Assembly (NCBI RefSeq): GCF_006345805.1 | Contig: NW_021832491.1 | Span: 1-32,896 of the forward strand | Reading direction: 5' to 3' | DNA: 32,896 bases | Source of the DNA: Octopus sinensis | Taxonomy: Eukaryota | In this document: positions 1 through 12,063 of the stretch, piece after piece | Numbering within the stretch: the first letter of the stretch is position 1 | Layout of the letters: every line of letters begins with the position of its first letter | Translations under genes and position numbers: made by a program | The notes under the pieces: model-generated | The model's input: the letters and a program-made list of their open reading frames with translations, nothing else | Database searches by the model: none | Told to the model about the DNA's origin: nothing

Positions 1-175
1 CACTCGTGCGTGTAGTGGGTGCTTTTTACGTCCACCAGCACAGGTGCCAGACAAGGCTGGCAGCGGCCACGATCGGATGGTGCTTTTTACGTGCCACCGG
101 CACGGAGGCCAAGCGATGCTGGCAACGGACACAATCGGATGGTGCTTTTTATGTGCCACTGGCACGGAAGCCAGT
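1..175 (-). mobile_element. Fragment of RTE-tail-type SINE/retroelement (family C) with internal tandem subunits
   Basis: Repeated GGTGCTTTTTACGTGCCACC..GGCACGG units matching the copies at 6465-6652 and 13388-13770. Confidence 0.7.
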
Positions 176-354
176 TATATTGTAGCTTTTCTGTATAGCA
201 CTTTGTTGATTCAATCTACTCTAGTATTGTAAGGATAATTACTACACAACATTTAGTACTTTTTCATATACTGAAAGGTATGTAGGAAGTATATTAGTTA
301 GAACAAAAAGAAACAATAAAACTCTGCACTGTAAATGCCTTGATAACTCTTTTC

Positions 355-2039
355 TTAAGATGAGAAGTGCTTTGACGATTGAGATTTTCTGGAGTGTACA
401 CCTTCATCTCTTCTGACTAGAGACCATATATAATCTCCCATCATAGCAGTATCCCATCGTCCTTGGTATCTTCTTTCCATAGTTGTGATGTCCTGATGAA
501 ATCTCTCACCATGCTTCTCACTGACATCACCCAAGTTTTCGGGGAAAAAATCTAGGTGAGAGTGCAAAAATGAACCTTTAAGGACATACGACAACCCATT
601 TTCTTGAAGTTTTCTATAAGCTTTGCTACCAGCTTTTTGTAATTAGGATCCTTGTGATTTCCTAGGAATACACGAACTACATCACGAAATGCACACCAAG
701 CTTCTTTTTCAACTTTTATCATCGCTCTTTCCAGTTTCTTCAACTTTAACATTGCATTTACTTGGGGCCCAACAAATATGCCACCCTTGATCTTAACCTC
801 AGATAGCTTTGGAAACATAAGACAAATTTCTTGGAAAGCTTCTCCTCTAAAATCTAAAGCCTTCACAAACTATTTTACCAATTCGAGTTGGATATGAAGT
901 AGGGGTAATAAGATTTTGTTGGAATCTACTAGAGGCTGTTTGAGACCATTTAGCATTCCTGGCTGCAGTTCCACTTGTGGGGGTCAATGTACACTCTTGT
1001 AATGATCATCATCAGCTCTGTTGTCCCATAAGCAAAGGAAACACGAATACTTTGTGTATCCCCCTTGCAAGCCAAGCAAGAAGGCAAGCATCTTGAAATC
1101 ACCACAAACATCCCACTTGAACTCAGTGTAATTTATTTTGTCGAGAAGTTCTTTGACATTATCGTAATTTTCTTTCTTCTGTATGGAGTGTGCAAGAGGC
1201 AAAAGAGGATATTTATTTCCATTGTGGAGTAACACTGCTTTGAGACTTCATGTTGAGCTATCTATGAACTGTTGCCATTCTGCAGAATCATGCTTGAGTC
1301 CAATAGCAGTAAACAAACCAATCACATCTTTACAATAACACAGATCATTAATATTTTCATAGTAAATTTCAAATTCTTCATGGCATTTCCAGTACACAGA
1401 TGTCTTGCAGTCTTCCCCCAGTAGATTCCATTCCTTCAAACTTGATGAAAGAAGTTCAGCTCCTGACTTAGTAAGACCCAGATCCCCGATTAAATCATCT
1501 AGCTCGCTCTTAATTGGAAAGTGAGGCTCCAAAGTCGTTCTTGGTATGAAAGCTTCCTCCATTTCTTGGCTGCTGCAACTTGTTGACTCTTCAGATGAAA
1601 TATTTTCTGGTGGTAGTGGTACTCGTAAACTGTCATCATGTGGGACAGGTGCTCTAAATGATGGTATGTCTGGATACTGAAGAGCTTGTCTTCTTTTCAC
1701 TTTTCTGTACTTTGTCACATCAATCATACAAAAGTAACAGTCATCGTGATGGTTCTTTGGCTCTCTCCATACCCTTGGAATGGCAAAAGGCATTGACCTT
1801 CTTGTACCTCTTAACCATCCTTCTAGCTTCTAGAGTAGATCGACAACTTCCACATATCACATGGGGGGGCCCATGGTTTGTCCTGGTCACCTATGGGCAT
1901 TCTGAAATAAATAGAGTCTGTACGCTATCCACAATTTGGTACCTTTCACGATCTTATGTAATACCTGCTTTTTCCCAATATAATAACCACACACATAGCA
2001 AAATGTATCTGGAGAATTTTTTCATACTCTAGTAGCCAT
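355..2039 (-). pseudogene. Decayed Chapaev3-type (CMC superfamily) DNA transposase
   Basis: Joining frames by eye gives MATRV*KNSPDTFCYVCG...GDQDKPWAP/HVICGSC...GWLRGTRRSMPFAIPRVWREPKNHHDDCYFC...FIDSS...LLHNGNKYP...VCGDFKMLAFLLGLQGGYTKYSCFLCLWD...MSLKVHF/LHSHLDFFPENLGDVSEKHGERFHQDI...W. It has an N-terminal Zn finger and a D-D-E core, with stops and frameshifts including a 7-bp duplication at 1820-1833. Family assignment is from recalled motifs. Confidence 0.85.
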
Positions 2040-2247
2040 CCTGAAAGTAGCAGAACTTAGAAATTGGTCTGAAAGAGAAAATTAGACATACATTTAGTAG
2101 CAGAACATTATAACAATACCGAATATATAATAACATTGAAAGTCGACATTTTTTTAACTGTTGATGATACACAAAAAATAATTTCATTTTTGGAATCAGC
2201 AGAAAAGAATGGATTGATAAACACCTAAAAAAATACAATAAACAAAT

Positions 2248-2276
2248 ATTTTTTTGAAAATTCTTACATTGTGTTA
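2248..2276 (-). mobile_element. Candidate 5' terminus of the Chapaev3-type element
   Basis: Minus strand starts CACAATGTAAGAATTTT at 2273, flanked by TTA (2274-2276). This fits CAC..GTG ends with a TWA target site. No matching second terminus was seen. Confidence 0.55.
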
Positions 2277-2363
2277 TTATTTGCAGGATTGTAAAACTCG
2301 GCACCGTATAACAAAACCATTCGCACCGAAATATATATATATATGTGTGTGACCGCATGTATA

Positions 2364-2545
2364 CCGTTGGCGATTTTTTTCCCTCTGTCTTCCCTTCTCT
2401 GGATCTTTCCTTCTCCTATGTTTCCGACGAAGAGCTCCGCTCGAAACGTTAAACCCTCCTTCTTTCCTGAGCGTCCAATAATACTATATTTGTTCCACGT
2501 CCTCGCGCTGTTGTGTTTTTTTGTGCTTTCTTGTTTGGATTAATT
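2364..2545 (+). mobile_element. Penelope pLTR-like non-coding element with minimal hammerhead motif
   Basis: HHR-like motif at 2420-2454 followed by TTCCTGAGCG..TAATAC and a T/G-rich tail; related to 7344-7524; flanked by TA/TG repeats. Confidence 0.6.
2420..2454 (+). ncRNA. Minimal type I hammerhead ribozyme-like motif (variant core)
   Basis: GTTT-CCGACGA-A-GAGC(TCC)GCTC-GAAAC-GTT-AAAC; stems I and II pair, core has U4C. Confidence 0.6.
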
Positions 2546-2570
2546 TTATATATATATATCTGTGTGTGTG

Positions 2571-2762
2571 TGTCTGTCTTTGTACCCACTCCATTGCTTG
2601 ACAACCGATGTTGGTGTGTTTACGTCCCCGTAACTTAGTGGTTTGGCAAAAAAGACCAATAGAATAAGTACCGGGCTTACAAAGAACAAGTCCTGGGGTC
2701 AATTTGTTCAACTGAAGATGGTGCTCCAGCATGGCCACAGTCAAATGACTAAAACAAATAAA
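2571..2762 (+). mobile_element. SINE family A, 3' half
   Basis: TTGCTTGACAACCGATG...GGTGCTCCAGCATGGCCACAGTCAAATGACT, as in the full copies. Confidence 0.85.
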
Positions 2763-2794
2763 AAAACAAAACAACATCTATATATATATACACA

Positions 2795-2864
2795 ACAGGC
2801 TTCTTTCAGTTTCCATCTGCCAAATCTACTGCTTTGGTCAGCCCAAAGACATTTGCCCAAGGTC
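2795..2864 (-). mobile_element. SINE family A head fragment
   Basis: GGCTTCTTTCAGTTTCCATCTGCCAAATC...TTGCCCAAGGT. Confidence 0.7.
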
Positions 2865-3197
2865 CTAATAGACAGGTTTGTCATGGCTGGAATGTCTTTA
2901 AGACTATCATCCTAGCACTGACCTTTTTCTAAAACACAGTCACACATCCTTTAACCCTCTTAAACCCTCTTTTATCCCAACCTCCACCCCCACACCACCC
3001 CGCTTCTTTCACACTTCTTATCTTTGTTGGATAGCTTGGCTGAAATTCGAACCCCTTATCCATTGCCCACCTTTCTGACATCAGGCACCCCTACCCCCAC
3101 ACTTGTGTTCCTACCTCTACCCCAACCCTCACTCTGTTAGACACTCCTTCACTCTTTCTTTCTTCTCTTCTTTTCCTCTTGCCCTTGTCTTCCCATT

Positions 3198-3199
<2 letters not shown>

Positions 3200-3248
<49 letters not shown>

Positions 3249-3253
3249 ACACA
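3200..3253. repeat. (CA)n microsatellite
   Basis: Direct inspection. Confidence 0.95.
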
Positions 3254-3314
3254 CGCTCCATGTTAATTGGTCTTTTAATCAAACCTCCACCTCAAACCTT
3301 CTTTCTTTGTTATC

Positions 3315-3692
3315 TCTTTTTTCTTCTTTTTCTTCTTCTTCCTCCTCTTCTTCTTCTTCCTCCTCCTCCTCCTCCTCCTTTTTCTTCTTCTTCTTCCTCC
3401 TCCTCCTCCTCCTCCTTTTTCTTCTTCTTCTTCCTCCTCCTCCTCTTCTTCTACTTCTTCCTCCTCTTCTTCTTCCTCCTCCTCCTCCTCCTCCTCCTCC
3501 TCCTCCTCCTCTTCTTCTTCTACTTCTTCCTCCTCCTCCTCCTCCTCCTCTTCTTCTTCTTCCTCCTCCTCCTCCTCTTCTTCTTCTACTTCTTCCTCCT
3601 CCTCCTCCTCTCTTCTTCTTCTTCCTCCTCCTCCACCTCCTCCTCTTCTTCTTCTTCTTCCTCCTCCTCCTCCTCCTCCTCTTCTTCTTCTT
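3315..3692. repeat. Compound (CCT)n/(CTT)n microsatellite
   Basis: Direct inspection. Confidence 0.95.
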
Positions 3693-3921
3693 GCATAAAA
3701 CCATGGTCCCATTTCAGTTTAATGAGAGGCCTTTGGAAAAGAACTGAACATCACAACTTCCCATATCTCCTTCCCCCCCTCTCTCCCTCCCCCTCTCCTT
3801 CACTCTCCCCCCTTCCTCTCCTCCTCTCTACAAAATTCCAGGCTTCCTGCCTTGTGTGAGAAATGCTGATTAGCCATTTCCTGTCATCTTATCTTCTTCA
3901 ACTGATGGTGGGGATGGAACG

Positions 3922-4602
3922 ACCACCACCACCACCACCACTACCACCGCCACCACCACCACCACAACCACCACCACCACCACTACCACCGCCACCACCA
4001 CCACCACCACAATCACCACCACCACCACAACTACCACCACCACAACCACCACCACAACCACCACCACCACAACCACCACCACAACCACCAACCGCCACCA
4101 CCACCACCACTACCACCACAACCACCATAACCACTACCACCGCCACCGCCACCACCACCACCACCACCACCACTACCACCACAACCACTACAACCACCAC
4201 CACAACCACCACCACAACCACTACCACCACCACCATCATCATTACCAGCTATCATATTCACTACAACCACTGACACCACAACCAACCACATCATCATCAT
4301 TGCAATCATCACTATATGAAGTTTGACCTCCACCATTACCACCACCACCACCATCATCATCAAATTCAATATCACCATCACCATCATTATCACCATCACC
4401 ATCATTATCATCATCAACACTGTACTCATTATCACCGTCACCACCATCATCACCATCATTTCCATCATCATCATCATCACCATCATTCTTATCATCATCT
4501 CTCCAACCATCATCAGCATATTCATCGTCACCATCAACCCACCCACCACCACTACCACCACAATCTTCATCTTCATCATTCTCATCACCACCAACACAAC
4601 CA
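3922..4602. repeat. Compound (CCA)n/(CAT)n microsatellite
   Basis: Direct inspection. Confidence 0.95.
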
Positions 4603-4604
4603 CT

Positions 4605-4712
4605 GCGGTCAACTTTGCCTTTCATCCTTTCAGGGTCGATGAAATAAGTACCAGTTACGCACTGGGGTTGATGTAATCAACTAGTCCCCTCCCACCAAAA
4701 TTTCAGGCCTTT
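4605..4712 (+). mobile_element. SINE family B, 3' part
   Basis: GGTCAACTTTGCCTTTCATCCTTTCAGGGTCGATGAAATAAGTACCAG, matching 21733-21966. Confidence 0.8.
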
Positions 4713-4722
4713 AGCAGAAATG

Positions 4723-4725
4723 ATC

Positions 4726-4785
<60 letters not shown>

Positions 4786-4786
4786 G
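4723..4786. repeat. (ATT)n microsatellite, possibly the tail of a minus-strand retroelement spanning about 4787-5272
   Basis: The repeat is seen directly; the tail interpretation is inference. Confidence 0.8.
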
Positions 4787-5380
4787 AGTGAGAGAGCAGT
4801 GCATGCCATCAAAGTGACACTGGGGTAAAATTTACGAAGCCCAGTATACCCATCATGACTACTCGTCTGATAAGGGTACACCAGGCACATGCATCACAAC
4901 ATATGTGTGTGACATGGTGATCTCATATCAAGATAAACAGCACATGACCTTGCGGGTGGGGCCCAGTTAGAATTTTCTTCTGGTTGAGTAGCTCATCCCG
5001 CTCAAAAGATCCCTGAATAAGGTTTGTTTAAGGATGTTGAATGAAACACGCATGTTTCCAGAGGTGAATCATTCAAACCCCAAAGAATTCCTCTCAACAC
5101 ATGGCTATGATGCTCCCCCACTACTTCTGCTCATGATCAGAGATGCACATATAAATCAGCCACTAAGGACATGCTCAACTGGTTAAGGTCAAACAACTGA
5201 CAAGCAAATCTGTGGTATTGAGCAGAATATTTGCTGTAGCCCATCTTTTATACCAAGACAAAACAATGTACATCAGGAGTTCCCAAACATTTTCAGGCTG
5301 CCACCCCCTTGACACCCAGGCCACATTCATAGCGACTGCACCTCAATTAACCTTCAGAAACATAGACCTCTTTCTTTATT

Positions 5381-5794
5381 TTTATTATTATTATTATTAT
5401 CATTATTATTATTATTATTGTTATTATTATCATCCTTCTTCTTCTTCTTCTTCTTCTTCTTATTATTATTATTATCATCCTTCTTCTTCTTATTATTATT
5501 GTTATTATTATCATCCTTCTTCTTCTTCTTCTTCTTATTATTATTATTATTATCATCATCCTTCTTCTTCCTCTTCTTCTTCTCTTCTTCTTCTTCTTAT
5601 TATTATTGTTATTATTATCATCCTTCTTCCTTCTTCTTCTTCTTCTTATTATTATTATTATTATCATCATCCTTCTTCTTCCTCTTCTTCTTCTCTTCTT
5701 CTTCTTCTTCTTATTATTATTATTATTATCATCCTTCTTCTTCCTCTTCTTCTTCTCTTCTTCTTCTTCTTCTTATTATTATTACTATTATTAT
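5381..5794. repeat. Compound (TAT)n/(TCT)n microsatellite with higher-order repetition
   Basis: Repeating TATn-CATCC-TTCn blocks. Confidence 0.95.
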
Positions 5795-5797
5795 AAA

Positions 5798-6000
5798 AGG
5801 CAGTGAGCTGGCAGAATCGTCAGCATGCCGGGTGAAATGCTTAGCAGTATTTCATCTGCCACTACGTTCTGAGTTCAAATTCTGCCAGGTTGACTTTGCC
5901 TTTCATCCTCTCGGGGTCAATAAATTATATACTAGTGAAACATTGGGGTCCATAAATTCGACTAGTCCCCTCCCTGCAAGTTTCAGGCCTTGTGCCTTAA
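5798..6000 (+). mobile_element. SINE family B (tRNA-like head, conserved central domain)
   Basis: GGCAGTGAGCTGGCAGAATCG (A-box-like), GAGTTCAAATTC (B box), GCCTTTCATCCTCTCGGGGTC domain. Confidence 0.85.
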
Positions 6001-6099
6001 GGTAGAAGTGATTATTATTGTTGATAAAATAAGTAGCAGTCAATCAAATTGCCCCTTCCCTTCAGGACTCCTGGTTTTGTACCAAAATCTAGGAAGAAT

Positions 6100-6172
6100 T
6101 ATGTTGTCTATTGACTTTTTATACATGCCAGGCCACTGGTGGTGAAATTTTTAAGAATATTCGCTACCCTAT
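6100..6172 (+). mobile_element. 3'-terminal fragment related to the HHR fold-back element at 22484-23113
   Basis: GTCTATTGACTTTT..AGGCCACTGGTGGTG-AAATTTTT..GCTACCCTA resembles the reverse complement of 22496-22570 (GTCTTTGACTATTTT..AGGCCGCTGGTAGCG..AAATTTTT..GCTACCCTA). Confidence 0.65.
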
Positions 6173-6285
6173 ATATATAAATCTTATGAATATGATCTTA
6201 GCATTTTCAAAGATTAGCTCAGCATTATCCACGTATTGCCGACTGAAACTGCACTTGCACGGTGAATTTTGAAAAATTATAACAT

Positions 6286-6846
6286 AGGCGCGGGAGTGGC
6301 TGTGTGGTAAGTAGCTTGTTTACCAACCACATGGTTCCAGGTTCAGTCCCACTGCATTGCACCTTGGGCAAGCGTCTTCAACTGTAACCTCAGACCAACC
6401 GAAAGCTTGTGAATGAATTTGGTAGATAGAAACTGAAAGAAACCCATCGTGTATATATGTATATCATCGTCATCATCATCATCATCGTTTAGCGTCCACT
6501 TTCCATGCTAGCATGCGTTGGACGGGTCAACTGGGGGTCTGTGAAGCTGGAAGGCTTCGTCAGGTCCAGTCAGATCTGGCAGTGTTTCTACGGCTGGATG
6601 CCCTTCCTAACGCCAACCACTCCGCGAGTGTAGTGGGTGTTTTTTACGTGCCATATATATACATATATAAATATACATAAATATGTTTATGTGTCTGTGT
6701 TTGTCTCGACAACCGATGTTGGTGTGTTTAGGTCCCCTGTAAGCTAGCGGTTCGGCAAAAGTGACCGGCAGAATAAGTACTGGGCTTACAAAGAATAAGT
6801 CCTGGGGTCGATTTGCTCGACTAAAGGCGGTGTTCCAGCATGGCCT
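6286..6846 (+). mobile_element. SINE family A (tRNA-derived, CORE-like), interrupted by a family C insertion
   Basis: A box TGGCTGTGTGG, B box GGTTCAGTCCC, CORE-like ACCTTGGGCAAG, central microsatellite, 3' half from about 6690. Confidence 0.9.
6465..6652 (-). mobile_element. Family C 3' end nested in SINE A
   Basis: (CAT)n tail plus GGCTGGATGCCCTTCCTAACGCCAACC. Confidence 0.8.
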
Positions 6847-6900
6847 TAATTAATGCCACAAACACGTAAAAGGCAAACAGAATATTATATATATTATATA

Positions 6901-6968
<68 letters not shown>

Positions 6969-7024
6969 TCTATTTATATATTAATATATGTGTGTGTGTG
7001 TATGTGTATATATATATATATATA

Positions 7025-7180
7025 CAGGGTGGCCCAAAAGTGGGTTTACAGTCATTCAATTATCTCTTTTAGATCTTAATTATAAGAAAGTAGGAAACCA
7101 TTATTTTATGCTAATTTAGTTAATTGAAAGATGGAAATTTAAATGTAATGAAATGTTTTAAAAGAAATTTAAAATGCCTG
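7025..7180 (+). mobile_element. Tc1/mariner MITE (short deletion derivative of the 20571-22258 family)
   Basis: TA|CAGGGTGGCCCAAAAGTGGGTTTACAG terminus; interior matches both subterminal regions of 20571-22258. Confidence 0.8.
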
Positions 7181-7343
7181 TGTGTATGTATGTTTGTATG
7201 TATGTAGTCATGTATGTATGTATGCTTGTATGTATGCATGTGTATGTATGAATGTATGAATGTATGTATGAATGTATGTATGTATGTATGTATGTATTTA
7301 TGTATGTATATATGTATGTATGTATTTATGTATGTATGTATAT

Positions 7344-7524
7344 AACGGGAAGCTTTATGAAAATAGACAAAAGACGAAGGCAGGTAGGAAACAAACAAAC
7401 AATTGTATTAGTATGGCGCTCAGGAAATATAAATAAAACAAGTCTTTAACGTTTCGAGCCTACGCTCTTCAACAGAAAGATACACAGAGAGAGAGAAAAA
7501 CACAGAAAGAAGGAGAGAAAAAAC
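7344..7524 (-). mobile_element. Penelope pLTR-like non-coding element with minimal hammerhead motif
   Basis: Inserted in the TATG array; HHR motif followed by TTCCTGAGCGCCATACTAATAC, as at 2364-2545. Confidence 0.6.
7443..7480 (-). ncRNA. Minimal type I hammerhead ribozyme-like motif (variant core)
   Basis: Minus strand TCTTT-CTGTTGA-A-GAGC(GTAG)GCTC-GAAAC-GTT-AAAGA; core has A6U. Confidence 0.6.
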
Positions 7525-8684
7525 ATATGTATGTATGTATGCATGCATGCATGTATGTATGCATGTATGTATGAATGTATGTGTGTATGAATGTATGTGT
7601 GTATGTATGTATGTATGTATGTATGTATGTATGTATGCATGCATGTATGTATGTATGTATTGTATGAATGTATGTGTGTATGAATGTATGTATGTATGAA
7701 TGTATGTACGTGTGTATGAATGTATGCATGTATATATGTATGTATGTACGTACGTATTTATGTATGTTTGTATTTATTTATTTATTTATGTATGTATGCA
7801 TGTATGTATGCATGTATATATGCATGTATGAATGTATGTATGTATGTATGTATGTATGTATGTATGTATGTATGTATGTATGTTTGTATGTATTTATGTA
7901 TGCATGTATGTATGTATGTATGTATGTATGAACGTATGTGTGTACGTACGTATGTATGTATGTATGCATGCATGCATGCATGTATGTATGTATGTATGCA
8001 TGTATGAATGTATGTATGTATGTATGTGCATGGTGTGTATGTATTTATGTATGTATGTATGTATACATGGATGCATGTATGTATGTATGTATGATGTATG
8101 TCTGTATGTATCGACAGCTGATTTTTGTCGGGCGAGTCTTAAACACTTCATCTAAATAAGATATTCTGAAGGGAATTCATTACTTTTCCTTCCCAGCATT
8201 TCGCAGCGTGCCACACGCGATATCCAAAAGACCCAGTCTTCAGCGACCTCGGATCAACCACCTTTTCCGCTACTATCTACTACTAAAAACGTTGTTTAGC
8301 CCTCGGTTGTCCACGACGTTACATTTCTGACCATCTCGACTGCTTCTATATAAAGAACTGCAAAAATTGTTGTTTTTGTTTGTTTGCTTCTTGTATATGA
8401 TCTGAAGCAGTATTTGGTTGCTATTTTTAGCAAGACGAGCTACCACATGTAGCTCCCCTCCTTCTCCTCACCTTGTTTTTATATAATTTTTTTTTGTTTT
8501 TTAGTGTTTTCCCTCCCTCCCTCATTCTTCTCTTTCTCTCCCTGTCTCTCTCCTTTAACATCAATAACACGAATATTTCTCTCTATTATTTATCTTCTCC
8601 CTTCACAATTTGGGAAAAACCATGTTCTTTGCTTTCCTCTCCTCTAAGTTCATGTGTGTTTATAGAAGTAAACATCCATGTGCG

Positions 8685-8997
8685 TGTATACCACATGTAT
8701 ACGTACGCATGTTATACATGTGTGTGTGTGTATATTACATGTATACGTACGTATGTTATACATGTGTGTGTATATTACATGTATACGTACGTATGTTATA
8801 CATGTGTGTGTGTGTATATTACATGTATACGTATGTTATACATGTGTGTGTATATTACATGTATACGTACGTATGTTATACATGTGTGTGTGTATATTAC
8901 ATGTATGCGTACGTATGTTATACATGTGTGTGTGTGTATATTACATGTATATGTACGTATGTTATACATGTGTGTGTGTGTGCGTGTGTATGTGCGC

Positions 8998-9029
<32 letters not shown>

Positions 9030-9030
9030 G
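8685..9030. repeat. About 40-44 bp minisatellite (GTATATTACATGTATACGTACGTATGTTATACATGTGTGT)
   Basis: About 7 tandem copies seen. Confidence 0.9.
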
Positions 9031-9239
9031 GCCTTGGTGTGTAGTAAGTTTCCCGATCTGCTAGAAATGGCAGCCAAAATCTGCCTCGTACAAAGCTGTC
9101 ATTTAAAAGTCCCACGTACAAAGTCAGAAATATCTGACAAAAGACAGGATGGTCACAACTGGAGCGCCTTCGATTACAATCTCTCTCTCTCACTACATGT
9201 ACTCCTCCCCTTCCTCTATTTGCACTCTCATTTATTGTT

Positions 9240-10480
9240 CTTAACACCTTCTCTCTCTATCTCTCTGTCTCTCTCTCTCATATTATCACTCTCTCTTTAT
9301 AATTTCTGTATTTCACAACTTCTCTCTCTCTCTCTCTCTTATATAGTTTATGCTTTTCACCGGCATGGCTCTCTCTCTCTCTCTCTCTCTCTCTTTATAT
9401 ACTATATTTCTCTCTATATAGTTACTCTATTTCATCACATCTCTCTCTCTGTATAATTACTGTATTTCACCACTTTTCGTCTCTCTCCTCTCTCTACACT
9501 TACTGTCTTTCACCACCTCCATCTCTCTATATATAGTTAATGTGGCTCACAAGCATGCTTCCCCCTCTCTCTCTTTATGTATTACCCTCTATTTCTCTCT
9601 CTATAATTACTATATTTCACCGCCTTCCCTCTCTCTCTTCCTCTCTCTCTCTCTAATTACCACCTTTCGTCTCCCTTCGTCTCTCTCTCTCTCTCTCTCT
9701 CTATGATTACTGTATTTCACCACCTTCTTTCACTCTCTCTCTGTAGTTACCTTTCCCCTTCTCTGTCTTTAATTACTATATTTCACCACTTTCTCTATCT
9801 CTCTCTTTCACCCTCTGTCACTATACTTACTCTTTTATACCAGTACCTCCCTCTTCATAGTTACTGTATTTCTTCTGCCCCCTCTCTATATAGTTGCTTC
9901 TTTTCACCATTATCTCTCTTTCTCTATAGTCACTATATTTCACCACTTCCTTTCTCTCTCTATAGTTACTGCTTTTCACCACCGCCTTTTACTCTCTCTG
10001 TATAATTACTATATTTCACCATTTTCCCCCTCTCTCTTTAATTACTGCATTTCACCACTTCTTTCTCTTTTTTATAGTTACAGCTTTTCACCACCTTCCT
10101 CTTTCCTCTCTCTCTTTCTCTCTCTACTCACAGTATTTCACCACCTTCCCTTTCTCTCTCTCTCTCTCTCTACTCACAGTATGTCACCATTTTCTCCCTC
10201 TCTCTTTAATTACTGCTTTTCACCACCTTCCCTTTCTCTCTCTCTCTCGCTCTACTCACAGTATTTCACCACCTTCCCTTCCTCTTTCCTCTCTCTCTCT
10301 CTCTCTACTCACAATATTTCACCACCTTCCTCTCTCTCTCTCCCTCTCCCTCTCTCTCTCTCTCCCTCTCTCTCTGTCTCCCTCTCTCTCTCTCTCTACT
10401 CACAGTCTTTCACCACCTTCCCTTTCTCTCTCTCTCTCCCGTTTTCCCTTTCTCTCTCCCCCTCTCTCTCTCTCCCTCCT
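9240..10480. repeat. Degenerate CT-rich minisatellite (TTACTGTATTTCACCAC...(CT)n)
   Basis: Recurring TTTCACCAC core between CT tracts. Confidence 0.85.
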
Positions 10481-10689
10481 CTTAATCTTTATCATAAACA
10501 TCTCTCTCTCTATCTCATTCACAATCTCCCCCACACACCAAAGTGAGAACCGGTCAAGTACCGCCAGTCAATCTAATATTATTCCTTCTGATAATAAAGC
10601 ATTTTAGATGTGAATAGAATCAGAATAGAAAAACAAAGAGGCCAATCTTTTATCTCTCCATTCTTTATCCCATATATATTAGACACCCC

Positions 10690-11380
10690 GTCCCTCTCCT
10701 TCCCCTTCCCGGCTCATTATTGCTCTCTCTCTCTCTCTCTCTCTCTTTTTCACCCTCCTTGCTCATTATTACTCTCTCTTTTTCTCTATTGCACCCTCCC
10801 TGCTTATTCTTACTCTCTTTCTCCTTCACCTTCCCGGCTCATTATTACTCTATATCTTTCACCTTCCTTGCTGTATCATTACACTCTCTCTTTTCCTCTA
10901 TTTCACCCTCCCTGCGTATTATTACTCTTTTTTCCTATTCGCTCTCCCTGCTTATTCTTACTCTCTCTTTCACATTCCCTCCTTTTTATTACTATATCTC
11001 TTTCACTCTCCCTCTTCATTACTACTTTCTCTTTTTCACCCTCCGTGCTTATTATTACTCGCTCTATTTCACAACCATTCTCTGCCTACCTCTCTCTCAT
11101 TCTTTATAACTTTCACTCTCTACTCCCTCTCTTCTTAACATTACTCTCTCTATTTTATAACCGGCGTCTGCCTACTTCTCTCTCATTCTTTATAACTTTC
11201 ACTTTTCACTCCCTCTCTTCTTAATATCACTCTCTCTATTTTCTAACCGGCGTCTGTCTACCTCTCTCTCATTCTTTATAACTTTCACTCTTTTCTCCCT
11301 CCCCCTTTTCTTCTTATCACTCTCTCTATTTTATCATCAACACTCTACCCACTTCTCTCTCCCTCCTACTCTCTCTCTTA
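10690..11380. repeat. Degenerate CT-rich minisatellite (CTTATTATTACTCTCTC... units)
   Basis: Recurring units; near-duplicate blocks at about 11087-11210 and 11170-11330. Confidence 0.8.
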
Positions 11381-11716
11381 TCTCCACCACCACCGCATCC
11401 ATCACCACCGTCTCCACCACTCATCGTTTCCTTTCAACATCTTTGTTAGATCTCCTTTCTTTCCTGTCTCTTTTCTGTTGTAAATTTTTATTTATTTATT
11501 TATTTATGTTTATTTATTTCACTCTTTCACCACATTTTGTTCCACTTTTGTTTCTCTTTTTGTCAGCTAGAGAGTGATAGAGAGAGAGAGAGAGGGAGGG
11601 TGGGGGGTTCGATCGAGTTGCTAAAAATAACAACCAAATCCGTGCGTGGTCGCTGGACTTGACAAAAATAAAGTCCAAATCCGCCCAGGTCAAATCATTC
11701 GCCATTTTCGGTCATA

Positions 11717-12063
11717 CCACACACACACACTCACACACACACACAATCTCACACACACACACACCAACACCACACAATCACACTCACACACACACCACAC
11801 ACACACACACACCAACACCACAAACACCACACACACACATTACACCCACCACACACTTAACACCACACACACACACACATCACACACACACCACACACAA
11901 TCACACACATACACAATCAACACACACACACACACTCACACACACAATAACCACACACACACAATCCACACCACACAAACACATACATCACACACACACA
12001 CAATCACACCACACACACACACAATCACACACACAATCACACACACACACACACAACACACAA

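Larger units (their letters stand above)
7181..8110. repeat. (TATG)n microsatellite field interrupted at 7344-7524
   Basis: Direct inspection. Confidence 0.95.

Noticed and set aside
3091-6005. Long ORFs rich in poly-P, E, H, T, S or Y
   Set aside because: Translations of trinucleotide microsatellites, open in several frames on both strands
8115-8330. CpG-richer unique segment, possible exon
   Set aside because: No convincing frame or splice pair
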